32,505 bases of DNA from a virus (Duplodnaviria; Caudoviricetes): IMG/VR virus record IMGVR_UViG_3300020192_000049, positions 1-32,505 of that record; one strand, given 5' to 3'. The translations under genes and the position numbers were made by a program. A model generated the notes under the pieces. That model did no database searches, was not told the DNA's origin, and worked only from the letters and a program-made list of their open reading frames with translations. Below, in pieces: positions 6,765-16,653 of this stretch. How positions within the stretch are numbered: the first letter of the stretch is position 1; each line of letters begins with the position of its first letter.

Positions 6765-7114
6765 GGGGTTCGCTCCTGCTGTAGATATGACTGCAATGCG
6801 CTAAGCACGGTGAGCGAGACGGCGAGCCTGTTCTCTGCCGCCGTCACATCCGTCCCACTCAACGTCACAGCAATATCGAGCCCGGCGCGAGCGTTGTCGG
6901 CTTGCGCTTGGACGTTCTCCGCGTCTTCGACCGATATCTGTCGGCTCTGCAAAAGCGACAGCGCAGTCGTTCGGACCGTGGTCACCGTTACATAGCCGAC
7001 CGCTAGGCGCTCGTTGAACGTCTCGGGGCTCCTGACCCCAAACGCGGTACACGCATTGAGCGCGAACAGCGCGGCGATCGCGAATGCAGTGGATTTTCTT
7101 TTAAGTAAATTCAT
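6761..7114 (-). CDS. Lipoprotein, candidate spanin component
   Basis: MNLLKRKSTAFAIAALFALNA|C lipobox; lies immediately after the holin. Confidence 0.65.
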   Translation of the reverse strand: MNLLKRKSTAFAIAALFALNACTAFGVRSPETFNERLAVGYVTVTTVRTTALSLLQSRQISVEDAENVQAQADNARAGLDIAVTLSGTDVTAAENRLAVSLTVLSALQSYLQQERTP

Positions 7115-7353
7115 CGCGGCAACTCATCCTGGCCCATGCCATTGATTGGCGGGGTTGGCATGAAGGTGCGGGCATACATGGCCCATGTTATGGCGACGAG
7201 CTGCACAAGCTGAAAGCCCGCCTCGACCAACTCGCCCGCTTGCGCGTCGACTGTGGTTGCATCCGCAACGCCCATCAGGATCAGCACCTGTGCCACAACC
7301 GCGAGCACTAGCGCGCGGATCGTGTTCGACTTGTAGAATGGAATGGCCTGCAT
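7111..7353 (-). CDS. Putative holin (2 TM)
   Basis: 80 aa with two hydrophobic helices and a PFYKS-type N-terminus, adjacent to the endolysin; SD AGGAG. Confidence 0.65.
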   Translation of the reverse strand: MQAIPFYKSNTIRALVLAVVAQVLILMGVADATTVDAQAGELVEAGFQLVQLVAITWAMYARTFMPTPPINGMGQDELPR

Positions 7354-7371
7354 TTAACTAGCTCCTATTGT

Positions 7372-7827
7372 TTACAGCAAATCGGGCGCGGCCTTCTTCA
7401 GCCACTCCCGTACATCAAAAGACGGGCACGCTTTCGCCACATTCGGAAAGTCCCGGTGCCCTTGGATTCGCGCCCCTGGCGCATATAGACGAAGGAAGCG
7501 AAGGGTGGCGATGAGCGCGGTGAGTTGCTTCTCTGTGAAATTGTTCTCTGGATTTTTCTTCTCATCCACCCCTCCCACCAAGCACACACCCACCGCACGG
7601 GAATTGTACCCGGAGACATGCGCGCCAGCCGCGTCGATGGGGCGGCCGACCTGAATTGTCCCGTCGCGAGGGATCACGACGTTGTAGCCGATATCGTTCC
7701 AACCTTTCGCCCGATGCCATGCTCGGATCTCGTTCTCGTCCACGTTCATCGTCGGCGGCGTCGCCGAGCAGTGTACGGCGATGAAGTCGGTGCGGATGCG
7801 GTTGCTAACCTGCGGTGAAAATGCCAT
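7372..7827 (-). CDS. Endolysin, N-acetylmuramoyl-L-alanine amidase (T7 lysozyme/Amidase_2-like)
   Basis: HCSAT, IGY, GHRD and KACPSFDV retain the Zn ligands and catalytic residues of T7 lysozyme. Confidence 0.92.
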   Translation of the reverse strand: MAFSPQVSNRIRTDFIAVHCSATPPTMNVDENEIRAWHRAKGWNDIGYNVVIPRDGTIQVGRPIDAAGAHVSGYNSRAVGVCLVGGVDEKKNPENNFTEKQLTALIATLRFLRLYAPGARIQGHRDFPNVAKACPSFDVREWLKKAAPDLL

Positions 7828-7830
7828 TGG

Positions 7831-8316
7831 TTACTCCTGTAAATCCCGGCCATCAATCGCGGTTATCGTCGGGTTGGAATTCATGAATGACCGAAGGCGA
7901 TTTTCGACTCGGGCTTTTTCTGATCGAAGGTCTGAGAGGCGTTCCATATAAATGCGGTCTGGTATTGCTCCGGCTCGCGTCCGCTCTGAGACTCGCATGT
8001 CTATGTTGAAGATCTCTTGATCCAAGCGCTTTATTTCTGTCTCTAGCTGCTGCACAAACAGCACCTTCCGCCACGTCTTCAGGTTATCGTCCAGTTTCTT
8101 TAAGGACGACTGATTGGCCTGCACCTCTTCGTGTACAGATAACAAGTCCTGCGCCTGAAGAAACCCGGACTGCGGCAGCCCAACGGCTACCAACAACCCG
8201 CAAGCCCACGAAATGTGAAACACCAGTAGGCTCCTGAAGAACATTGACGAGAATCTCCTGCGATCTTCTATAGTCAAGTCACCGACAGCAAAATCTACCA
8301 ACCTCGATAGAATCAT
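7831..8316 (-). CDS. Membrane-anchored coiled-coil protein (161 aa), lysis-associated
   Basis: Start moved to the ATG at 8316 (SD GGAGG). One TM (LLVFHISWACGLLVAVGL) followed by a long coiled coil. Confidence 0.65.
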   Translation of the reverse strand: MILSRLVDFAVGDLTIEDRRRFSSMFFRSLLVFHISWACGLLVAVGLPQSGFLQAQDLLSVHEEVQANQSSLKKLDDNLKTWRKVLFVQQLETEIKRLDQEIFNIDMRVSERTRAGAIPDRIYMERLSDLRSEKARVENRLRSFMNSNPTITAIDGRDLQE

Positions 8317-8329
8317 CCTTGATCCCCTC

Positions 8330-8512
8330 CTAGCCGCTCGTGGCGTAGCCGCTCGCCGGATCAGCGGCGATGGTCGAGGACTGCGGCACCGCGACCACGG
8401 GCGAAGTATACGACAAAACGCCCACAGGGCTTTTAACCGCGACATCCGCCACGATGCTCACTGGCGCGGTGATGCCTGCGGGGTCGAGGACTGGTGAAAC
8501 GATTACCGCCAT
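8330..8512 (-). CDS. Small beta-rich putative virion protein (60 aa)
   Basis: ATG at 8512 with SD AGGTGG; V/P/S-rich; fills the gap in the late operon. Confidence 0.55.
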   Translation of the reverse strand: MAVIVSPVLDPAGITAPVSIVADVAVKSPVGVLSYTSPVVAVPQSSTIAADPASGYATSG

Positions 8513-8516
8513 CCAC

Positions 8517-9410
8517 CTATTCCCACAGCATCGCGAAAGCCAACCCGCCAACCGATAAGGACGATATCGAACCGAACGGTCCCGACTGTGTCGAAAGCGC
8601 TATGAACGTTCGCGGTGTTGAGCCGACGAGCGTGGTGGTGAACGTTCCGCCCGGAGCCAGCTCCGAGGTGTAGACGCCGCATAAAGAGAAAATCGGATTG
8701 GGTCGCGGTAGAGACATAAACCCCAGCGCTACTTGCGTATCTCCGTCCACGATCGTCGACACTGGGGCGAAGGGCATGAACCCGAGCATGGCGTTGGCGA
8801 CCGAGACCTGTACCTCTAAAGCACCTGGTGATGGCGAGGCGCGGCGATGGCACACGCGCGCGCCGATGCCGCCCGCGGTCCCCGCCCCCCAAGAGATCAT
8901 GAGCCCTTCCGCCGTTTCGTCTCCGGCAGAGTCGGATGAGCGGCTGATGAAAAAGGAGCCTGTGAGGTTGTTGATAGATGCCTTGTGCTCTATTCCGAGA
9001 AAGCCATCGACGAGGCAGATGTAACTAGAATATGCGGTGTCGGTTGTCGCTCCAGCAGATCCCATGATGTTCCGGGTTGTGCTTTGAATACCTGTCAGCG
9101 CGCCTGATCCGTTGGAACCTTCGCCAACCCTAAAGCGCAGCTCTGGCGTGGTCGTGGTGCCGCCAGTTCTATATTCGATGAGAATGAAAATGGGCACAGT
9201 CGCCTGCAGCGGATCGGCGAACCGCCAAACCTCGTACCCCGCCAAAGCGCCCGTTCCCGCCCGGTTCACCGTCGTCCAGTTTATCTGCCCGGTGTCTGCC
9301 GTCTGCACGAGCCCGACAGTCGAGAGACGGGTCGACAGCTCGAGGCCCCACTCGCGGAATGTCGCGTCGGAGTCGTGACGAAATCTACTTGACCAGCTCG
9401 TCGTCGCCAT
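8517..9410 (-). CDS. Putative minor tail/fibre-associated protein (297 aa)
   Basis: Start MATTSW at 9410 (SD GAGGTGG). G/S/T-rich beta protein that follows the central tail protein. Confidence 0.65.
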   Translation of the reverse strand: MATTSWSSRFRHDSDATFREWGLELSTRLSTVGLVQTADTGQINWTTVNRAGTGALAGYEVWRFADPLQATVPIFILIEYRTGGTTTTPELRFRVGEGSNGSGALTGIQSTTRNIMGSAGATTDTAYSSYICLVDGFLGIEHKASINNLTGSFFISRSSDSAGDETAEGLMISWGAGTAGGIGARVCHRRASPSPGALEVQVSVANAMLGFMPFAPVSTIVDGDTQVALGFMSLPRPNPIFSLCGVYTSELAPGGTFTTTLVGSTPRTFIALSTQSGPFGSISSLSVGGLAFAMLWE

Positions 9411-9412
9411 AA

Positions 9413-12082
9413 TCAATCCACCTCTTGCAAGAACAGTGTGACGAATAGCGCAGCGAACCCCGACACCGACTCGAGCCGGAACGTCAGCGAGTCGCCCGCC
9501 AGTAGGTCCGCGCTCCATCCCGTCAACGCCGAGGACGAGTTTATCCTCTGCGCACTTAGTCGCGGCTTATCCGATGCCGCGATCGAATCTGCGACAGTCG
9601 GCGGGAAACCTGCCGCATCAGTCCGCCAAACGTCGATAGATGCAGAGCCAGTGGGCGTGGTTCGGCCCGGCCCATACCCGTAAACCGCCCAGCCGACAAT
9701 GCGCGCGTTCCTGGGCACATGCACCACGACATCATTCACGGGCACACTGATCGTCCCCACCGACCGCACCCACGTCGCACCGCGCGGGATTGTGGGGACG
9801 GTGAACGCACCGACCCTCGATAGAGTCATGTGCGGCACGCCTTCGGTGGCGATTATATCCCGCGCTCCGCCGCTGTCCTGCTCGACGAGGATCTGCACCT
9901 CATCGCCCTGCGCAAGGTCCAGCACCGTTGCCACCTCGAGCGTCAGGTTCGCGAGCGCGGGCGAGGACGCATAGCCGGAGATAACCCCGCCTCCGGTCGC
10001 GTCCGGGTTCACGACGACATACAGCTGCCGTATTCCCGTCGCGTTCGAGTCCCACTGAACGCTCGCCGTGGCCAGGTACTTACCGGCGCGATCGACCGTG
10101 ACTCGGTCCCCGCTGCTAGGGAGGTAGAAACCTTCGGTGTCGAACTCTTCAACCGTCCAGTCTATGGGCTCCGGCGTCGCGTCCGGAATCGATTGCAGCG
10201 CGCTCCGGGAAAGCCTCACGGCTGCGCCCGAGGCCTGGCCTGCCGCACCGAACAACGTGCCCCAGGCCAACCCTGCAGGGGCGATCGGGTCGGCCCGTAG
10301 GACCTGTCCTGCGGTCCCTACGGGCAGGCGAACAGGGTTCGTCCCGTCATGCGTCAGCAAGTCGCCCACGGTCGTCAGCGTGCTCCCCGAGGAACCGCCG
10401 AAAGGTGCGACGACCCCGCCCACCGATTGCAGGGTTTCGTCGTTGGCGACATCATAGAATATCGACCCATCCGGCACCGAGGCGAACGTCCACGCGCCCG
10501 CCGTCGCGTCCCACTCCGCGAGCGTCCCGTCCTGCCCCACCCAGTCCCCGGTGCCCCCGGGCGGTACGTAGTACGTGTCGCCGTCGACCGGCACGCCGGG
10601 CGGAGCGGTCACTGTGGCGGAGACCACATTCGCTCCCGCGTCGATCGCGTCCTCGCTGGTCGAGGGGCCGACTGGGGCGACGCTCGGCGCTTGTGAACCG
10701 ATGCCCACGCCGAGTTCGTTCTGGTATATGTCCTCGATCGCATCGACAGTGATCGAGTTATCTTGCAGTGTCCCGCGATCGATATTCAGCACCCGGAAGA
10801 CGCGCTCAACGCATTGCCGCTCGGGCCGGTTCAAGCGGAACAGCGAACCGAAGCCCAGCGCCCAAGCGCTGCGGTTGACTGTGAATTTAACCCGCGTCAA
10901 TGGCGTCGATCGAGAAGCGACCTCGCGAGCGAGCACGAGCTGTGCGATGGCATGGTCGCGGATGCCGGGAAGCGACACGAGCGCGGGCAGGCGTGAGCCT
11001 TGCGCATCGATGTTGCCTAGGTCCTGCGCAGTGATCGATGTGGCCTTAAGCGTCGCGGGGTCCGTGTACGTGAGCGTGACCTCGTTTACCGTCTCGCCCC
11101 AGCCCTGTTTCTCGAACTTGGAAAAGGCGAGGATGTTGCTCGCGTCGAATACCAGCAGCGAATCGGGATCATAGTCAGCACGGAACAAGGTCAATTCATA
11201 CAGGCCCAGCGCAAGGTTAAAGCTCAGGCCGCCGTCGATGTGCTCGAGGATCTGGCGGATGAAGTCCTCGATTGACGTGGATTGATTCCAGATCAAGTGC
11301 AGCCCAAACCCCTCGTCAAATAGATCGTCGGCGACGTTCCTAAAAACCGTGTCATTGATGAACGCGGTCGATACGCCCATACCCCACCGGGGATCGGTGA
11401 GGCATTGGTAGATGATGTGCGCTGGGTTCATCGCCGTCCCAACAGCCGCTGCTGCGGTGTACCAGGCCGATCCCGACCATCCCGCCGTGGTGCGTTGGAC
11501 GCGGAAGGATACCGGGCGGATTGATTCTGAATCCCCTATGTACCCGCCCTTCCAGACCGCCGCGCACACGCCTCGATACGCTGGCGGCGTTTCGCCGATG
11601 CTCGCCGTTAGGTATGCGTTGGCGGTCTGTGCTGCCCCGCCCATCTCGATATCGAAGTCACCAATGACGCCACCGCCCCGCCCCTCCCCACCGTACAAGG
11701 ACGGCGAGTTCACAGAGGCGACGGCGTTGGACGTGATGCTCCCGGCCCAGACCTCTTTGTCGTCCCACGCGATCCGCGCAATAGCGTTTACCGGGCCGTG
11801 GCACAGCGCGGCATGGAAACCGATCGAGTAGCGATAACCGACTGTGACTCTCGAGAAGCCGCTCCGCTTGCGGATACGTCCGACAGCCAAATCCCCGTAC
11901 CAAACTATGTTCGGCCCGGTTATATCGATCTCTCCGAACACGACTGGGATCTCTCTGCCTTCCTCAGCTGTCGGGAATGCGAAGTCCTCTAGCGCCGCGG
12001 CCTTCGGTGCGCGCGGCTTTGGGGCGAGCGCGATCGACAGCGCCAGCGTGACGAAGTAGCCAATTATCTGCGGCCAAATCAT
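9413..12082 (-). CDS. Central tail/host-specificity protein (GTA/B3-type) with DUF2793-like, C1q-like and C-terminal modules
   Basis: IPVVFG..GPN..WYGDL, GYRY..G.H..LCHGP, PAYRG, MNPAHIIYQCLTD..WGMG motifs; TAPPGVPVDGDTYYV..G.W.G module; C1q-like strand pattern. Confidence 0.85.
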   Translation of the reverse strand: MIWPQIIGYFVTLALSIALAPKPRAPKAAALEDFAFPTAEEGREIPVVFGEIDITGPNIVWYGDLAVGRIRKRSGFSRVTVGYRYSIGFHAALCHGPVNAIARIAWDDKEVWAGSITSNAVASVNSPSLYGGEGRGGGVIGDFDIEMGGAAQTANAYLTASIGETPPAYRGVCAAVWKGGYIGDSESIRPVSFRVQRTTAGWSGSAWYTAAAAVGTAMNPAHIIYQCLTDPRWGMGVSTAFINDTVFRNVADDLFDEGFGLHLIWNQSTSIEDFIRQILEHIDGGLSFNLALGLYELTLFRADYDPDSLLVFDASNILAFSKFEKQGWGETVNEVTLTYTDPATLKATSITAQDLGNIDAQGSRLPALVSLPGIRDHAIAQLVLAREVASRSTPLTRVKFTVNRSAWALGFGSLFRLNRPERQCVERVFRVLNIDRGTLQDNSITVDAIEDIYQNELGVGIGSQAPSVAPVGPSTSEDAIDAGANVVSATVTAPPGVPVDGDTYYVPPGGTGDWVGQDGTLAEWDATAGAWTFASVPDGSIFYDVANDETLQSVGGVVAPFGGSSGSTLTTVGDLLTHDGTNPVRLPVGTAGQVLRADPIAPAGLAWGTLFGAAGQASGAAVRLSRSALQSIPDATPEPIDWTVEEFDTEGFYLPSSGDRVTVDRAGKYLATASVQWDSNATGIRQLYVVVNPDATGGGVISGYASSPALANLTLEVATVLDLAQGDEVQILVEQDSGGARDIIATEGVPHMTLSRVGAFTVPTIPRGATWVRSVGTISVPVNDVVVHVPRNARIVGWAVYGYGPGRTTPTGSASIDVWRTDAAGFPPTVADSIAASDKPRLSAQRINSSSALTGWSADLLAGDSLTFRLESVSGFAALFVTLFLQEVD

Positions 12083-12907
12083 TTAGAACACCGAACTCTG
12101 ACCAAAGGGATTCTTGCGCGGGATGTACGGGAACCCTCCAAAGTTCACGAGGTTACTGAACCGGCTCTCGCATATAGTCCGCGTCCGATCGCAACCCGGG
12201 TAGACGGTGACGGTGGACGTGGAGAGGATACCGGGGATGGGATGGGTGAGCGTGATCGTTGTGCCGTTGTGGCGACGGATGCCGCGCCGTTCGATGATGC
12301 CGCCCCCGGGCTCCCAGATCAGTTTTCCGCCCGCCAGCGAGCCTGCCGGTAATGTGCCGAAGCCGGTTGCTGAAAGCTCGTAGGGGGATGACGGCACGGT
12401 GTCCATGACGACGACGCTAGCGAAGGCTATCTGGGACGCGCCGCACTCCGCGCCATAAAGAACATGCGGGCAGTTGCGCGAGTAAATTCGACGAAGCCCT
12501 GGGGAGCGGAGCCTCGTGTATAGGGACTCGCACATGATCTTCGAGTATCCGCTCTGCCATGAGACGTTGAGCACTCGGCCGAGCCATATTATTCTAGCGT
12601 CCGCCGCATCGCCACGGTGCAGCCGACGCACGACCAGCTCCACAACGTCCGATGGCGGAGCGACTTCAAACAACCGCGCCACGTCAAGCGTATCGGGCGC
12701 AGTAAGAGACAGCGCCGACTTGTTGATCTCGCCCACATCGGTGATCGCGGATCGAGAGAGACCTGGCACTGGTATGTAGTCGCGGGAGTCATACGTGACG
12801 GGAAGCGGGCCGGAGGTGTAGTAGAAATTCTCGCCCGGGTACGTGAACGCATAGAGTTCGACCGGGGAAGAATCCTCGACGCTCGTCTCTTCGGTCTGGA
12901 ATGGCAT
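12083..12907 (-). CDS. Conserved tail-tip protein, BR0599/DUF2163 family
   Basis: PVELYAF, RNCPHVLYG..CG and YPGCDRT...C..RFSNLVNFGGFPYIP motifs. Confidence 0.88.
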   Translation of the reverse strand: MPFQTEETSVEDSSPVELYAFTYPGENFYYTSGPLPVTYDSRDYIPVPGLSRSAITDVGEINKSALSLTAPDTLDVARLFEVAPPSDVVELVVRRLHRGDAADARIIWLGRVLNVSWQSGYSKIMCESLYTRLRSPGLRRIYSRNCPHVLYGAECGASQIAFASVVVMDTVPSSPYELSATGFGTLPAGSLAGGKLIWEPGGGIIERRGIRRHNGTTITLTHPIPGILSTSTVTVYPGCDRTRTICESRFSNLVNFGGFPYIPRKNPFGQSSVF

Positions 12908-12909
12908 CG

Positions 12910-14601
12910 TTATTGGTCCTTCGTCGTCACAACGTCCATCTCTATCACGGCCCTGTTCTTCGGCTCATGAGTGATCTCTACCGAGTCATTGGACATACGA
13001 ACGAGCCGCACCCATTCGATTCTCGCGACCTCTGCGGCTGTGATCGGGTTGATCGCGTCGAAGGTCTCGCTGATCGTCAACACATCGTCATCGCTGTCCG
13101 CCTCTACGCCGATGACCCTGCGGATGATCGCCTCGCCGTTGGTTCTCACGAGGCGGATATCTGCGAATGGGAACCGGAGGCCGATAAAGGATGTTATGCC
13201 GGTTTCCTCGACTCGCAGCGTCAGCGCATTCGGACCAATCGTAGCGGAGAGCTGCATGTCTTTGGAGAACGAAGGCAGCCAGAACGATTTCTGATTACCA
13301 ACAAAAGAATGCACCAACCTCCTTACACGCCAAAGGTCCTCGCGGCTGAACTCCTTCCAGATCTTCTTCGTGTAGAACTTGCTGCGGTCCTGCAGCGATT
13401 GCTGAAACACCAATCCGGTTTCAGCGTCCAACACAATTACGTCTCGCGACCATCGATTCTCGTTTCCAGTTTCAATAAAATTGCAGTCGTCCAGCAGCAC
13501 ACGGCCCGCGTAAGTCGAAGCGCCTGTGGTGTCGGATAGATCGACGTTGTCAATCACTTGGAACTCTATCCGGTACTCCGTCACTTTCTCAAACACCCGC
13601 CTCGCGCTCGGCACTGTTCGCATGTAGCTTGTGCGGACGGGCATGACATACGCTGCGCCCGCTTCATATGAACGAGTCGCTGCCGATGCGAACGTCAATG
13701 CGGTCGGTGTGATGGCGTCGACCTGCAGCACCTCGAAGGACTCTTCATCATTGAACAGCATGCACGACGAGCCAACCCGGTAGTCGCTGGTCGTTGTGTC
13801 TATGGTCACGCCCAAGTCGCCAGCGATCACCGGCGTGGTGAGTGTCAATGCCTCGTGCCAGATTGGAAACGCGAATATCTTGTCCAACCAATCAAACAGA
13901 AGCGCATCAACCCTGCGGCGCGACCGAGCTGCAATTGGCAGGACGCGATAGGTGAAGGATTGGCGCGGAGCGGGACGCAGCGCGATTCGCTGCTCTGTGC
14001 CGTCCTCTGCTCGCAACATATCGGTCGACCACTCCAATCGTTCCAGCACTGGGGAGAGTGGCTTGAAGTGGAAGACGATAACGCGCCGTCCCGAAACAGG
14101 GACAACGATTGTCTCTGAGTCGGTGATGATCGTGATTGATCCGATTATTGTCGACGGGCCGTCAGCACTTATCCCAATCTCGAGCAAGAAGCTCCCGAAC
14201 GGCAAAATGTCCAGCGGGAACGTGGGCGCATTGTTGAACGTGAGTCCGGTGATGCTCGTCAGGAGACTTGACCACGATCTCGTGGTGAGCCACAGATTCG
14301 CCACCTCCACGGTGCGGGTCTGGTCGGTGAGGACGTTGCCGAGAGCGAGACGAGATGGTCTGACGATGATGTGGTTGAAAAGATTAGACGACCATTCAGG
14401 GAACACGAAACAATCATTCGCCCTCACCAGTCTCGGCGTCGCCGCCCGCGTGCCAGCAGTCGCCGTGAGCACGTGGAAGCCTTGAGGGGCGAAAGCGATC
14501 TCATACGCTTCGGGCCGGTTCAGCCCATCGTCGAGGGAAGACGTGATTGGCTGCTCGTACATAATCGGCAGCGGCAGCACGAATGCGGCGTAGTTCGGCA
14601 C
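12910..14601 (-). CDS. Minor tail protein (563 aa)
   Basis: GTG at 14601 overlaps the upstream TAG. ERLEW.TD....DGTEQRIALR.APRQ and G.Q.SFWLPS motifs of B3/D3112/YuA-like tail proteins. Confidence 0.78.
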   Translation of the reverse strand: MPNYAAFVLPLPIMYEQPITSSLDDGLNRPEAYEIAFAPQGFHVLTATAGTRAATPRLVRANDCFVFPEWSSNLFNHIIVRPSRLALGNVLTDQTRTVEVANLWLTTRSWSSLLTSITGLTFNNAPTFPLDILPFGSFLLEIGISADGPSTIIGSITIITDSETIVVPVSGRRVIVFHFKPLSPVLERLEWSTDMLRAEDGTEQRIALRPAPRQSFTYRVLPIAARSRRRVDALLFDWLDKIFAFPIWHEALTLTTPVIAGDLGVTIDTTTSDYRVGSSCMLFNDEESFEVLQVDAITPTALTFASAATRSYEAGAAYVMPVRTSYMRTVPSARRVFEKVTEYRIEFQVIDNVDLSDTTGASTYAGRVLLDDCNFIETGNENRWSRDVIVLDAETGLVFQQSLQDRSKFYTKKIWKEFSREDLWRVRRLVHSFVGNQKSFWLPSFSKDMQLSATIGPNALTLRVEETGITSFIGLRFPFADIRLVRTNGEAIIRRVIGVEADSDDDVLTISETFDAINPITAAEVARIEWVRLVRMSNDSVEITHEPKNRAVIEMDVVTTKDQ

Positions 14602-15605
14602 TAAGGAATGACTCGATAAGCGATGCCGTAGTCGCCGGAGTTCTCTGTGTCGTCCTGCAGTGCTGGGCTGGACTTGCGCGCGGTCGGGAAGACGACCCAC
14701 TCATCGGCCCCGATAAAGTAAGACTCCCCCGGGATGAGGTTCCGCATATTGACCGTGGCGATGTCGGGAACCTGGCCCGCGCAGCGCTGCGTGGGCGGCG
14801 TGTCGGCGATCGTTACCGGCCACACTGTGACTGGCATCAACGCGATCAAAGCAGAGTATGGGGTCTCTGCGATGTTCGTGAAGGCGTGGCCGAAACCGCC
14901 TCGAGCCGAGCCCCTACACCCTAATCGAACAATGGAGTTGAGGGTGGCCTCAGCCGGGCAGCGCCAGCTCACGGCACCGTCTACGAAGTGCAGCGTCCAA
15001 TGGACCGATGTGCCGCCTTGACCGAGCTGCGATGAATCGAACGGCGTGGTGTGGTTGTTGTTGCCTGGCCTGTCCACGAACGCCGCTGACTGGTTCCAGC
15101 GCATCATCGAATAATATGCGCCCCCAGTCCATGTGCCGAACTTGATCAGGTTTCCGAACAGGAGATGTCGAAAGCGTCCCGCTACGACTTCGACGACAAC
15201 GTGACAGTATGTACTCGGATCGTCGCTGAACAGCGTAGCGGTCGGGAACGGCCCAGTGAACTGCGGGTTGAAGCAGCGCGCAGTCGGATCTCCTGCAGCT
15301 ATTATGTCGGCATCGGCCCGGATGCCAGAGTTACCATTCATCTCGTCTATGTCGGACGACGCATAAGCCGGAACGCCATCGAAAAGGTACAAACGATCAG
15401 CGCCAACACCTGTGGTCGTTGAACGCAGTCCTGCGAGAACGTCGCCATTCGAGGCGATGAGCTCTCTGCCGCCTGCTGCTGCGCCAGTGGACGGTGAGCG
15501 AAGATTCTCGTGAATCGTCCAGTCGCCGGTTGCGTTGATGAAGGTGCGAATCTCTCCGAGTAGCGCATCAAAGTTCGTGACATTTGTTAGGCGGGAAATT
15601 GACAT
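14601..15605 (-). CDS. Virion structural (minor tail) protein (334 aa)
   Basis: HVVVEV..G.FRHL.FG...KFG.WTGG.Y and W.VFP..RK...SG.YG.AYR motifs; located after the tape measure gene. Confidence 0.78.
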   Translation of the reverse strand: MSISRLTNVTNFDALLGEIRTFINATGDWTIHENLRSPSTGAAAGGRELIASNGDVLAGLRSTTTGVGADRLYLFDGVPAYASSDIDEMNGNSGIRADADIIAAGDPTARCFNPQFTGPFPTATLFSDDPSTYCHVVVEVVAGRFRHLLFGNLIKFGTWTGGAYYSMMRWNQSAAFVDRPGNNNHTTPFDSSQLGQGGTSVHWTLHFVDGAVSWRCPAEATLNSIVRLGCRGSARGGFGHAFTNIAETPYSALIALMPVTVWPVTIADTPPTQRCAGQVPDIATVNMRNLIPGESYFIGADEWVVFPTARKSSPALQDDTENSGDYGIAYRVIP

Positions 15606-15608
15606 TGG

Positions 15609-16649
15609 CTACTCCCTGCGAATCGCGAAAAAGTCCAGCGGCTCTGTTCGCCAAGTGTTCGCGAAAACGTCGTGGATCTGTGAAGAGGCATCAGTCAGTG
15701 TATCGCCTGGAACGAGTCCAAGCCCGAAGGTTGCGAATAATCCGTCCACCCTTCCCACAATCGCCGAAGCGTTGAACAGCGTGGCCGGGAACATGCTGTA
15801 AGCACCTATAAGCGAAGAGGTTACGTATGGCGCTACGCCCGTCGTGAATGCCTCAAACACTGCGTCCTCGTTACCCGCCGACAAGTTCGCTGCAGCTTCG
15901 CCTGAATCAGTGGTCGGGTTTCGCTGCGGCCATATGACGTTGCCAGTCGAGTTTCTGGCCTGAGTCCTTCCAGAATTAACCACTGCGCCATAGTTGGAGA
16001 AGCTCTGCCACGTTCCATCAACCCAACGAAGATGCGCGGCATTTAGCGCGGGGTCTGGCAGGCATGAATGGGCGAAGTTGTTTGTCTGAAAAGAGATCGC
16101 CGTATCTGATGCAGACCCAGAGATCAGCAACGGGTATGGAAACTGATTGCGCGTGCCGAACTGTTGAATGAAACCGAAGTGGATTAAAATGTCAGTGGTG
16201 CCGACCCTAGCCAGCGCCATCACGCGTCGACGATTGACCCAGAACCAACAGTTGAATGTCGCGTCGTCGAATGCAGAGTGGGCCGCGGGGGATCTGCCCG
16301 GCATCGTTGTGAAGGTCAGGCCGTCGTCAAATGCCGTGTAGCCCCTAAGCTCAATGCCGAAGATATTCGCGCCCGCGTTCCTGTAGGTCCTAAGCCCGAC
16401 GATCACCTCGTCGGTCGGATCAGACCCAGGCCCCTGCAAATACACCTCTCCGTCCGTTGCGAAGCCCGACGCGGGAATGCCCGGCTGGCCTGCTCCGTTC
16501 GTCAGCACAGTCCATCGATCCGCAACGGGAACAATGACCCCGCTCGTTATCGAAGCGTGGACCGCTGGATCAATCGTGCCATCCGAGTAGTCGCGGATCT
16601 TCCTCAAGAAGTCCATCCAATCTGTTGCCGTTCCGCTTGCCCATGCCAT
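15609..16649 (-). CDS. Virion structural (minor tail) protein (346 aa)
   Basis: Directly follows the tape measure gene; WFWVN.RR, QFPYPLLI.G and G..DG.F motifs. Confidence 0.78.
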   Translation of the reverse strand: MAWASGTATDWMDFLRKIRDYSDGTIDPAVHASITSGVIVPVADRWTVLTNGAGQPGIPASGFATDGEVYLQGPGSDPTDEVIVGLRTYRNAGANIFGIELRGYTAFDDGLTFTTMPGRSPAAHSAFDDATFNCWFWVNRRRVMALARVGTTDILIHFGFIQQFGTRNQFPYPLLISGSASDTAISFQTNNFAHSCLPDPALNAAHLRWVDGTWQSFSNYGAVVNSGRTQARNSTGNVIWPQRNPTTDSGEAAANLSAGNEDAVFEAFTTGVAPYVTSSLIGAYSMFPATLFNASAIVGRVDGLFATFGLGLVPGDTLTDASSQIHDVFANTWRTEPLDFFAIRRE

Positions 16650-16653
16650 CGCT

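Noticed and set aside
6801-7052. Embedded Rz1-like ORF inside the lipoprotein gene
   Set aside because: It has no hydrophobic signal or lipobox and is an Arg-rich shadow frame.
241-14700. Longer upstream starts in the ORF track (241, 805, 1029, 1822, 1953, 4328, 5639, 6120, 8445, 8551, 9518, 14700)
   Set aside because: They overlap neighbouring genes. The downstream starts have SD sequences or stop/start overlaps.
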